Assembly: GCA_964016885.1 (NCBI GenBank)
Contig: OZ024740.1
Coordinates: 31,744,001-31,808,000, forward strand
Direction: 5' to 3'
DNA: 64,000 bases
DNA from: Eledone cirrhosa
Lineage: Eukaryota
Of the stretch, positions 33,101 to 47,380 are shown piece after piece (position 1 is the first letter of the stretch; every line of letters begins with the position of its first letter). The position numbers and the translations under genes were made by a program. Under the pieces are notes generated by a model. That model did no database searches. It was not told where the DNA came from and saw only the letters and a program-made list of their open reading frames with translations.

Positions 33101-36100
33101 GATATCAGTACAATATATAACACTAATGTACAGACACAGTTGACTATATATGATATCATTACAATATATAACACTAATGTACAGATACAGTTGACTATAT
33201 ATGATATCAGTACAATGTATAACACTAGTGTACAGACACAGTTGACTATATATGATATCAGTACAATATATAACACTAGTGTACAGACACAGTTGACTAT
33301 ATATGATATTAGTACAATATATAACACTAGCGTACAGACACAGTTGACCATATATGATATCAGTACAAAATATAACACTAATGTACAGACACAGTTGACT
33401 ATATATGATATCAGTACAATATATAACACTAATGTGCAGACACAGTTGACTATATATGATATCAGTACAATATGTAACACTAGTGTACAGACACAGTTGA
33501 CTATATATGATATCACTACAATATATAACACTAGTGTACAGACACAGTTGACTATATATGATATCAGTACAATATATAACACTAATGTACAGATACAGTT
33601 GACTATATCTGATATCAGTACAATATATAACACTAATGTACAGACACAGTTGACTATATATGATATCAGTACAATATGTAACACTAGTGTACAGACACAG
33701 TTGACTATATATGATATCAGTACAACATATAACACTAGTGTACAGACACAGTTGAGTATATATGATATCAGTACAATATATAACACTAGTGTACAGACAC
33801 AGTTGACTATATATGATATCAGTACAATATGTAACACTAGTGTACAGACACAGTTGACTATATATGATATCAGTACAATATATAACACTAGTGTAAAGAC
33901 ACAGTTGACTATATATGATATCAGTACAATATATAACACTAGTGTACAGACATAGTTGACTATATATGATATCAGTACAATATATAACACTAATGTACAG
34001 ACACAGTTGACTATATATGATATCAGTACAATATATAACACTAGTGTACAGACACAGTTGACTATATATCATATCAGTACAATATATAACACTAGTGTAC
34101 AGACACAGTTGACTATATATGATATCAGTACAATATGTAACACTAGTGTACAGACACAGTTGACCATATATGATATCAGTACAATATATAACACTAATGT
34201 ACAGACACAGTTGACTATATATGATATCATTACAATATATAACACTAGTGTACAGACACAGTTGACTATATATGATATCAGTACAATATATAACACTAGT
34301 GTACAGACACAGTTGACTATATATGATATCAGTACAATATGTAACACTAGTGTACAGACACAGTTGACTATATATGATATCAGTACAATATATAACACTA
34401 ATGTACAGACACAGTTGACTATATATGATATCAGTACAATATATAACACTAGTGTACAGACACAGTTGACTATATATGATATCAGTACAATATATAACAC
34501 TAATGTACAGACACAGTTGACTATATATGATATCAGTACAATATGTAACACTAGTGTACAGACACAGTTGACTATATATGATATCAGTACAATATGTAAC
34601 ACTAGTGTACAAACACAGTTGACTATATATGATATCAGTACAATATATAACACTAGTGTACAGACACAGTTGACTATATATGATATCAGTACAATATATA
34701 ACACTAGTGTACAGACACAGTTGACTATATATGATATCCGTACAATATATAACACTAGTGTACAGACACAGTTGACTATATATGATATCAGTACAATATG
34801 TAACACTAGTGTACAGACACATTTGACTATATATGATATCAGTACAATATATAACACTAATGTTCAGACACAGTTGACTATATATGATATCAGTACAATA
34901 TATAACACTAGTGTACAGACAAAGTTGACTATATATGATATCAGTACAATATATAACACTAGTGTACAGACACAGTTGACTATATATGATATCAGTACAA
35001 TATGTAACACTAGTGTACAGACACAGTTGACCATATATGATATCAGTACAATATATAACACTAATGTACAGACACAGTTGACTATATATGATATCAGTAC
35101 AATATATAACACTAGTGTACAGACACAGTTGACTATATATGATATCAGTACAATATATAACACTAATGTACAGACACAGTTGACTATATATGATATCAGT
35201 ACAATATATAACACTAATGTACAGACACAGTTGACTATATATGATATCAGTACAGATATATAACACTAGTGTACAGACACAGTTGACTATATATGATATC
35301 CGTACAATATATAACACTAATGTACAGACACAGTTGACTATATATGATATCAGTACAATATATAACACTAGTGTACAGACACAGTTGACTATATATGATA
35401 TCAGTAAAATATATAACACTAGTGTACAGACACAGTTGACTATATATGATATCAGTACAATATATAACACTAATGTGCAGACACAGTTGACTATATATGA
35501 TATCAGTACAATATGTAACACTAGTGTACAGACACAGTTGACTATATATGATATCAGTACAATATATAACACTAGTGTACAGACACAGTTGACTATATAT
35601 GATATCAGTACAATATATAACACTAGTGTACAGACACAGTTGACTATATATGGTGTCAGTACAATATGTAACACTAGTGTACAGACACAGTTGACTATAT
35701 ATGATATCAGTACAATATATAACACTAATGTACAGACACTGTTGACTATATATGATATCAGTACAATATATAACACTAATGAACAGACACAGTTGACTAT
35801 ATATGATATCAGTACAATATATAACACTAATGTACAGACACAGTTGACTATATATGATATCAGTACAATATATAAAACTAATGTGCAGACACAGTTGACT
35901 ATATATGATATCAGTACAATATATAACACTAGTGTACAGATACAGTTGACTATATATGATATCAGTACAATATGTAACACTAGTGTACAGACACAGTTGA
36001 CTATATATGATATCAGTACAATATGTAACACTAGTGTACAGACACAGTTGACTATATATGATATCAGTACAATATGTAACACTAGTGTACAGACACAGTT

Positions 36101-36558
36101 GACTATGTATGATATCAGTACAATATATAACACTAATGTACAGACACATTTGACTATATATGATATCAGTACAATATGTAACACTAGTGTACAGACACAG
36201 TTGACTATATATGATATCAGTACAACATATAACACTAGTGTACAGAAACAGTTGACTATATATATCAGTACAATATATAACACTAATGAACAGACACAGT
36301 TGACTATATATGATATCAGTACAATATATAACACTAGTGTACAGACACAGTTGACTATATATGATATCAGTACAATATATAACACTAATTTACAGACACA
36401 GTTGACTATATATGATATCAGTACAATATATAACACTAGTGTACAGACACAGTTGACTATATATGATATCAGTACAATGTATAACACTAGTGTACAGACA
36501 CATTTGAGTGTATATGATACCAGTACAACATATAATATTAGTGTACAGACACACACTT
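27178..36558 (+). repeat. Block duplicated at 5964-bp offset (117 monomers, -3 bp): ~27180-30000 recurs at ~33144-35960
   Basis: Private variants pair at exactly 5964 bp: +1 G insertion 29291/35255, TACAAACAC 28648/34612, and ORF starts 27992/33956 and 29277/35241. Confidence 0.9.
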
Positions 36559-39500
36559 GACTATATATGATATCAGTACAATATATAACACTAGTGAACA
36601 GACACAGTTGACTACATATGATATCAGTACAATATATAACACTAATGTACAGACACAGTTGACTATATATGATATCATTACAATATATAACACTAATGTA
36701 CAGATACAGTTGACTATATATGATATCAGTACAATATATAACACTAGTGTACAGACATAGTTGACTATATATGATATCAGTACAATATATAACACTAGTG
36801 TACAGACACAGTTGACTATATATGATATTAGTACAATATATAACACTAGCGTACAGACACAGTTGACCATATATGATATCAGTACAATATATAACACTAA
36901 TGTACAGACACAGTTGACTATATATGATATCAGTACAATATATAACACTAATGTGCAGACACAGTTGACTATATATGATATCAGTACAATATGTAACACT
37001 AGTGTACAGACACAGTTGACTATATATGATATCAGTACAATATATAACATTAGTGTACAGACACAGTTGACTATATATGATATCAGTACAATATATAACA
37101 CTAATGTACAGATACAGTTGACTATATCTGATATCAGTACAATATATAACACTAATGTACAGACACAGTTGACTATATATGATATCAGTACAATATGTAA
37201 CACTAGTGTACAGACACAGTTGACTATATATGATATCAGTACAACATATAACACTAGTGTACAGACACAGTTGAGTATATATGATATCAGTACAATATAT
37301 AACACTAGTGTACAGACACAGTTGACTATATATGATATCAGTACAATATGTAACACTAGTGTACAGACACAGTTGACTATATATGATATCAGTACAATAT
37401 ATAACACTAGTGTACAGACACAGTTGACTATATATGATATCAGTACAATATGTAACACTAGTGTACAGACACAGTTGACCATATATGATATCAGTACAAT
37501 ATATAACACTAATGTACAGACACAGTTGACTATATATGATATCAGTACAATATATAACACTAGTGTACAGACACAGTTGACTATATATGATATCAGTACA
37601 ATATATAACACTAGTGTACAGACACAGTTGACTATATATGATATCAGTACAATAATGTACAGACACAGTTGACTATATATGATATCAGTACAACATATAA
37701 CACTAATGTACAGACACAGTTGACTATATATGATATCAGTACAATATGTAACACTAGCGTACAGAGACAGTTGAATATATATGATATCACTACAATATGT
37801 AAACTAGTATACAGACACAGTTGACTATATATGATATCAGTACGATATGTAACACTAGTGTACAGACACAGTTGACTATATATGATATCAGTACAATATA
37901 TAACACTAGTGTACAGACACAGTTGACTATATATGATATCAGTACAATATGTAACACTAGTGTACAGACACAGTTGACTATATATGATATCAGTACAATA
38001 TATAACACTAATGTACAGACACAGTTGACTATATATGATATCAGTACAATATATAACACTAGTTTACAGACACAGTTGACTATATATGATATCAGTACAA
38101 TATATAACACTAGTGAACAGACACAGTTGACTATATATGATATCAGTACAATATATAACACTAATGTACAGACACAGTTGACTATATATGATATCAGTAC
38201 AATATTTAACACTAGTTTACAGACACAGTTGACTATAAATGATATCCGTACAATATATATCACTAGTGTACAGACACAGTTGAATATATATGATATCAGT
38301 ACAATATGTAACACTAGTGTACAGACACAGTTGACTATATATGATATCAGTACAATATATAACACTAATGTTCAGACACAGTTGACTATATATGATATCA
38401 GTACAATATATAACACTAGTGTACAGACACAGTTGACTATATATGATATAAGTACAATATATAACACTAGTGTACAGACACAGTTGACTATATATGATAT
38501 CAGTACAATATATAACACTAATGTACAGACACAGTTGACTATATATGATATCAGTACAATATATAACACTAGTGTACAGACACAGTTGACTATATATGAT
38601 ATCAGTACAATATGTAACACTAGTGTACAGACACAGTTGACTATGTATGATATCAGTACAATATATAACACTAGTGTACAGACACAGTTGACTATATATG
38701 ATATCAGTACAATGTATAACACTAGTGTACAGAAACAGTAGACTATATATATCAGTACAACATATAACACTAGTGAACAGACACAGTTGACTATATATGA
38801 TATCAGTACAATATATAACACTAGTGTACAGACACAGTTGACTATATATGATATCAGTACAATATATAACACTAATTTACAGACACAGTTGACTATATAT
38901 GATATCAGTACAATATATAACACTAGTGTACAGACACAGTTGACTATATATGATATCAGTACAATGTATAACACTAGTGTACAGACACATTTGAGTATAT
39001 ATGATACCAGTACAACATATAATATTAGTGTACAGACACACACTTGACTATATATGATATCAGTACAATATATAACACTAGTGAACAGACACAGTTGACT
39101 ACATATGATATCAGTACAATATATAACACTAATGTACAGACACAGTTGACTGTATATGATATCATTACAATATATAACACTAATGTACAGATACAGTTGA
39201 CTATATATGATATCAGTACAATATATAACACTAGTGTACAGACATAGTTGACTATATATGATATCAGTACAATATATAACACTAGTGTACAGACACAGTT
39301 GACTATATATGATATTAGTACAATATGTAACACGAGTGTACAGACAAAGTTGACTATATATGATATTAGTAAAATATATAACACTAGTGTACAGATACAG
39401 TTGACTATATATGATATCAGTACAATGTATAACACTAGTGTACAGACACAGTTGACTATATATGATATCAGTACAATATATAACACTAGTGTACAGACAC

Positions 39501-42500
39501 AGTTGACTATATATGATATTAGTACAATATATAACACTAGCGTACAGACACAGTTGACCATATATGATATCAGTACAATATATAACACTAATGTACAGAC
39601 ACAGTTGACTATATATGATATCAGTACAATATATAACACTAATGTGCAGACACAGTTGACTATATATGATATCAGTACAATATGTAACACTAGTGTACAG
39701 ACACAGTTGACTATATATGATATCAGTACAATATATAACATTAGTGTACAGACACAGTTGACTATATATGATATCAGTACAATATATAACACTAATGTAC
39801 AGACACAGTTGACTATATATGATATCAGTACAATATATAACACTAATGTGCAGACACAGTTGACTATATATGATATCAGTTCAATATATAACACTAGTGT
39901 ACAGATACAGTTGACTATATATGATATCAGTACAATATGTAACACTAGTGTACAGACACAGTTGAATATATATGATATCAGTACAATATGTAACACTAGT
40001 GTACAGACACAGTTGACTATATATGATATCAGTACAATATATAACACTAATGTACAGACACAGTTGACTATATATGATATCAGTACAATATATAACACTA
40101 GTGTACAGACACAGTTGACTATATATGATATCAGTACAATATGTAACACTAGTGTACAGACACAGTTGACAATGTATGATATCAGTACAATATATAACAC
40201 TAATGTACAGACACATTTGACTATATATGATATCAGTACAATATATAACACTAGTGTACATACACAGTTGACTATATATGATATCAGTACAATATGTAAC
40301 ACTAGTGTACAGACACAGTTGACTATGTATGATATCAGTACAATATATAACACTAATGTACAGACACATTTGACTATATATGATATCAGTACAATATGTA
40401 ACACTAGTGTACAGACACAGTTGACTATATATGATATCAGTACAACATATAACACTAGTGTACAGAAACAGTTGACTATATATATCAGTACAATATATAA
40501 CACTAGTGAACAGACACAGTTGACTACATATGATATCAGTACAATATATAACACTAATGTACAGACACAGTTGACTATATATGATATCATTACAATATAT
40601 AACACTAATGTACAGATACAGTTGACTATATATGATATCAGTACAATATATAACACTAGTGTACAGACATAGTTGACTATATATGATATCAGTACAATAT
40701 ATAACACTAGTGTACAGACACAGTTGACTATATATGATATTAGTACAATATGTAACACTAGTGTACAGACAAAGTTGACTATATATGATATTAGTAAAAT
40801 ATATAACACTAGTGTACAGATACAGTTGACTATATATGATATCAGTACAATGTATAACACTAGTGTACAGACACAGTTGACTATATATGATATCAGTACA
40901 ATATATAACACTAGTGTACAGACACAGTTGACTATATATGATATTAGTACAATATATAACACTAGCGTACAGACACAGTTGACCATATATGATATCAGTA
41001 CAATATATAACACTAATGTACAGACACAGTTGACTATATATGATATCAGTACAATATATAACACTAATGTGCAGACACAGTTGACTATATATGATATCAG
41101 TACAATATGTAACACTAGTGTAGAGACGCAGTTGACTATATATGATATCAGTACAATATATAACACTAGTGTACAGACACAGTTGACTATATATGATATC
41201 AGTACAATATATAACACTAATGTACAGATACAGTTGACTATATCTGATATCAGTACAATATATAACACTAATGTACAGACACAGTTGACTATATATGATA
41301 TCAGTACAATATGTAACACTAGTGTACAGACACAGTTGACTATATATGATATCAGTACAACATATAACACTAGTGTACAGACACAGTTGAGTATATATGA
41401 TATCAGTACAATATATAACACTAGTGTACAGACACAGTTGACTATATATGATATCAGTACAATATGTAACACTAGTGTACAGACACAGTTGACTATATAT
41501 GATATCAGTACAATATATAACACTAGTGTACAGACACAGTTGACTATATATGATATCAGTACAATATATAACACTAGTGTACAGACACAGTTGACTATAT
41601 ATGATATCAGTACAATATATAACACTAATGTACAGACACAGTTGACTATATATGATATCAGTACAATATATAACACTAGTGTACAGACATAGTTGACTAT
41701 ATATGATATCAGTACAATATATAACACTAGTGTACAGACACAGTTGACTATATATGATAGCAGTACAATATGTAACACTAGTGTACAGACACAGTTGACC
41801 ATATATGATATCAGTACAATATATAACACTAATGTACAGACACAGTTGACTATATATGATATCAGTACAATATATAACACTAGTGTACAGACACAGTTGA
41901 CTATATATGATATCAGTACAATATATAACACTAGTGTACAGACACAGTTGACTATATATGATATCAGTACAATATGTAACACTAGTGTACAGACACAGTT
42001 GACTATATATGATATCAGTACAATATATAACACTAGTGTACAGACACAGTTGACTATATATGATATCAGTACAATATATAACACTAGTGTACAGACACAG
42101 TTGACTATATATGATATCCGTACAATATATAACACTAGTGTACAGACACAGTTGACTATATATGATATCAGTACAATATGTAACACTAGTGTACAGACAC
42201 ATTTGACTATATATGATATCAGTACAATATATAACACTAATGTTCAGACACAGTTGACTATATATGATATCAGTACAATATATAACACTAGTGTACAGAC
42301 AAAGTTGACTATATATGATATCAGTACAATATATAACACTAGTGTACAGACACAGTTGACTATATATGATATCAGTACAATATGTAACACTAGTGTACAG
42401 ACACAGTTGACCATATATGATATCAGTACAATACATAACACTAATGTACAGACACAGTTGACTATATATGATATCAGTACAATATATAACACTAGTGTAC

Positions 42501-45500
42501 AGACACAGTTGACTATATATGATATCAGTACAATATATAACACTAATGTACAGACACAGTTGATTATATATGATATCAGTACAATATATAACACTAATGT
42601 ACAGACACAGTTGACTATATATGATATCAGTACAATATATAACACTAGTGTACAGACACAGTTGACTATATATGATATCCGTACAATATATAACACTAAT
42701 GTACAGACACAGTTGACTATATATGATATCAGTACAATATATAACACTAGTGTACAGACACAGTTGACTATATATGATATCAGTAAAATATATAACACTA
42801 GTGTACAGACACAGTTGACTATATATGATATCAGTACAATATATAACACTAATGTGCAGACACAGTTGACTATATATGATATCAGTACAATATGTAACAC
42901 TAGTGTACAGACACAGTTGACTATATATGATATCAGTACAATATATAACACTAGTGTACAGACACAGTTGACTATATATGATATCAGTACAATATATAAC
43001 ACTAGTGTACAGACACAGTTGACTATATATGATGTCAGTACAATATGTAACACTAGTGTACAGACACAGTTGACTATATATGATATCAGTACAATATATA
43101 ACACTAATGTACAGACACTGTTGACTATATATGATATCAGTACAATATATAACACTAATGAACAGACACAGTTGACTATATATGATATCAGTACAATATA
43201 TAACACTAATGTACAGACACAGTTGACTATATATGATATCAGTACAATATATAACACTAATGTGCAGACACAGTTGACTATATATTGTGCAGACACAGTT
43301 GACTATATATGATATCAGTACAATATATAACACTAGTGTACAGATACAGTTGACTATATATGATATCAGTACAATATGTAACACTAGTGTACAGACACAG
43401 TTGACTATATATGATATCAGTACAATATGTAACACTAGTGTACAGACACAGTTGACTATATATGATATCAGTACAATATATAACACTAGTGTACAGACAC
43501 AGTTGACTATATATGATATCAGTACAATATATAACACTAATGTACAGACACAGTTGACTATATATGATATCAGTACAATATATAACACTAGTGTACAGAC
43601 ACAGTTGACTATATATGATATCAGTACAATATCTAACACTAGTGTACAGACACAGTTGACTATGTATGATATCAGTACAATATATAACACTAATGTACAG
43701 ACACATTTGACTATATATGATATCAGTACAATATATAACACTAGTGTACAGACACAGTTGACTATATATGATATCAGTACAATATGTAACACTAGTGTAC
43801 AGACACAGTTGACTATGTATGATATCAGTACAATATATAACACTAATGTACAGACACAGTTGACTATATATGATATCAGTACAATATATAACACTAGTGT
43901 ACAGACACAGTTGACTATATATGATATCAGTACAATATATAACACTAGTGAACAGACACAGTTGACTATATATGATATCAGTACAATATATAACACTAAT
44001 GTACAGACACAGTTGACTATATATGATATCAGTACAATATATAACACTAGTTTACAGACACAGTTGACTATATATGATATCCGTACAATATATAACACTA
44101 GTATACAGACACAGTTGACTATATATGATATCAGTACAATATGTAACACTAGTGTACAGACACAGTTGACTATATATGATATCAGTACAATATATAACAC
44201 TAATGTTCAGACACAGTTGACTATATATGATATCAGTACAATATATAACACTAGTGTACAGACACAGTTGACTATATATGATATCAGTACAATATATAAC
44301 ACTAATGTACAGACACAGTTGACTATATATGATATCAGTACAATATATAACACTAGTTTACAGACACAGTTGACTATATATGATATCCGTACAATATATA
44401 ACACTAGTATACAGACACAGTTGACTATATATGATATCAGTACAATATGTAACACTAGTGTACAGACACAGTTGACTATATATGATATCAGTACAATATA
44501 TAACACTAATGTTCAGACACAGTTGACTATATATGATATCAGTACAATATATAACACTAGTGTACAGACACAGTTGACTATATATGATATCAGTACAATA
44601 TATAACACTAGTGTACAGACACAGTTGACTATATATGATATCAGTACAACATATAACACTAGTGTACAGACACAGTTGACTATATATGATATCAGTACAA
44701 AATGTAACACTAGTGTACAGACACAGTTGACTATATATGATATCAGTACAATATATAACACTAATGCACAGACACAGTTGACTATATATGATATCAGTAC
44801 AATATATAACACTAGTGAACAGACACAGTTGACTATATATGATATCAGTACAATATATAACACTAGTGTAGAGACACAGTTGACTATATATGATATCAGT
44901 ACAAAATATAACACTAATGTACAGACACAGTTGACTATATATGATATTAGTACAACATATAACACTAGTGTACAGACACAGTTGACTATATATGATATCA
45001 GTACAATATATAACACTAGTGTACAGACACAGTTGACTATATATGATATCAGTACCATATATAACACTAGTGTACAGACACAGTTGATTATATATGATAT
45101 CAGTATAATATATAACACTAATGTACAGACACAGTTGACTATATATGATATCAGTACAATATATAACACTAATGTACAGACACAGTTGACTATATATGAT
45201 ATTAGTAAAATATATAACACTAGTGTACAGACACAGTTGACTATATATGATATCAGTACAATATATAACACTAGTGTACAGACACAGTTGACTGTATATG
45301 ATATTAGTACAATATATAACACTAGCGTACAGAAACAGTTGACCATATATGATATCAGTACACTATATAACACTAGTGTACAGGCACAGTTGACTATATA
45401 TGATATCAGTACAATATATAACACTAATGTACAGACACAGTTGACTATATATGATATCAGTACAACATATAACACTAATGTACAGACACAGTTGACTATA

Positions 45501-47380
45501 TATGATATCAGTACAATATATAACACTAATGTACAGACACAGTTGACTATATATGATATCAGTACAATATGTAACACTAGTGTACAGACACAGTTGAATA
45601 TATATGATATCACTACAATATGTAAAACTAGTGTACAGACACTGTTGACTATATATAATATCAGTACAATATGTAACACTAGTGTAAAGACACAGTTGAC
45701 TATATATGATATCAGTACAATATATAACACTAGTGAACAGACAGAGTTGACTATATATGATATCAGTACAATATATAACACTAGTGTACAGACACAGTTG
45801 ACTATATATGATATTAGTACAATATGTAACACTAGTGTATAGACACAGTTGACTATATATTATATTAGTATAATATATAACACTAGTGTACAGACACAGT
45901 TGACTATATATGATATCGGTACGATATATAACACTAGTGTACAGACACAGTTGACTATATATGATATTAGTACAATATGTAACACTAGTGTACAGATACA
46001 TTTGACTATATATGATATCAGTACAATATATAACACTAATGTACAGACACAGTTGACTATATATGATATCAGTACAATATGTAACACTAGTGTACAGACA
46101 CAGTTGAATATATATGATATCACTACAATATGTAAAACTAGTGTACAGACACTGTTGACTATATATGATATCAGTACAATATGTAACACTAGTGTACAGA
46201 CACAGTTGACTATATATGATATCAGTACAATATGTAACACTAGTGTATAGACACAGTTGACTATATATGATATCAGTACAATATATAACACTAATGTACA
46301 GACACAGTTGACTATATATGATATCAGTACAATATATAACACTAGTGTACAGACACAGTTGACTATATATGATATCAGTACAATATATAACACTAGTGTA
46401 CAGACACAGTTGACTATATATGATATCAGTACAATATATAACACTAGTGTACAGACAAAGTTGACTATATATGATATCAGTACAATATATAACACTAGTG
46501 TACAGACACAGTTGACTATATATGATATCAGTACAATATGTAACACTAGTGTACAGACACAGTTGACCATATATGATATCAGTACAATACATAACACTAA
46601 TGTACAGACACAGTTGACTATATATGATATCAGTACAATATATAACACTAGTGTACAGACACAGTTGACTATATATCATATCAGTACAATATATAACACT
46701 AATGTACAGACACAGTTGACTATATATGATATCAGTACAATATATAACACTAGTGTACAGACACAGTTGACTATATATGATATCCGTACAATATATAACA
46801 CTAATGTACAGACACAGTTGACTATATATGATATCAGTACAATATATAACACTAGTGTACAGACACAGTTGACTATATATGATATCAGTAAAATATATAA
46901 CACTAGTGTACAGACACAGTTGACTATATATGATATCAGTACAATATATAACACTAATGTGCAGACACAGTTGACTATATATGATATCAGTACAATATGT
47001 AACACTAGTGTACAGACACAGTTGACTATATATGATATCAGTACAATATATAACACTAGTGTACAGACACAGTTGACTATATATGATATCAGTACAATAT
47101 ATAACACTAGTGTACAGACACAGTTGACTATATATGATGTCAGTACAATATGTAACACTAGTGTACAGACACAGTTGACTATATATGATATCAGTACAAT
47201 ATATAACACTAATGTACAGACACTGTTGACTATATATGATATCAGTACAATATATAACACTAATGAACAGACACAGTTGACTATATATGATATCAGTATA
47301 ATATATAACACTAATGTACAGACACAGTTGACTATATATGATATCAGTACAATATATAATACTAATGTGCAGACACAGTT

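Larger units (their letters stand above)
1..40700 (+). repeat. Left HOR domain, delimited by a divergent 53-bp marker monomer (...GATACCAGTACAACATATAATATTAGTGTACAGACACACACTT) and a 48-bp monomer with a 3-bp deletion
   Basis: The 53-bp marker ends at 2141, 6068, 9839, 13767, 17591, 21211, 27177, 33039, 36558 and 39045. The 48-bp monomer (GACTATATATATCAG, preceded by CAGAAACAG) occurs at ~1845, 5770, 9541, 13470, 17295, 20915, 26880, 30450, 32742, 36260, 38750 and 40480. Neither was seen after ~40.5 kb. Confidence 0.9.
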
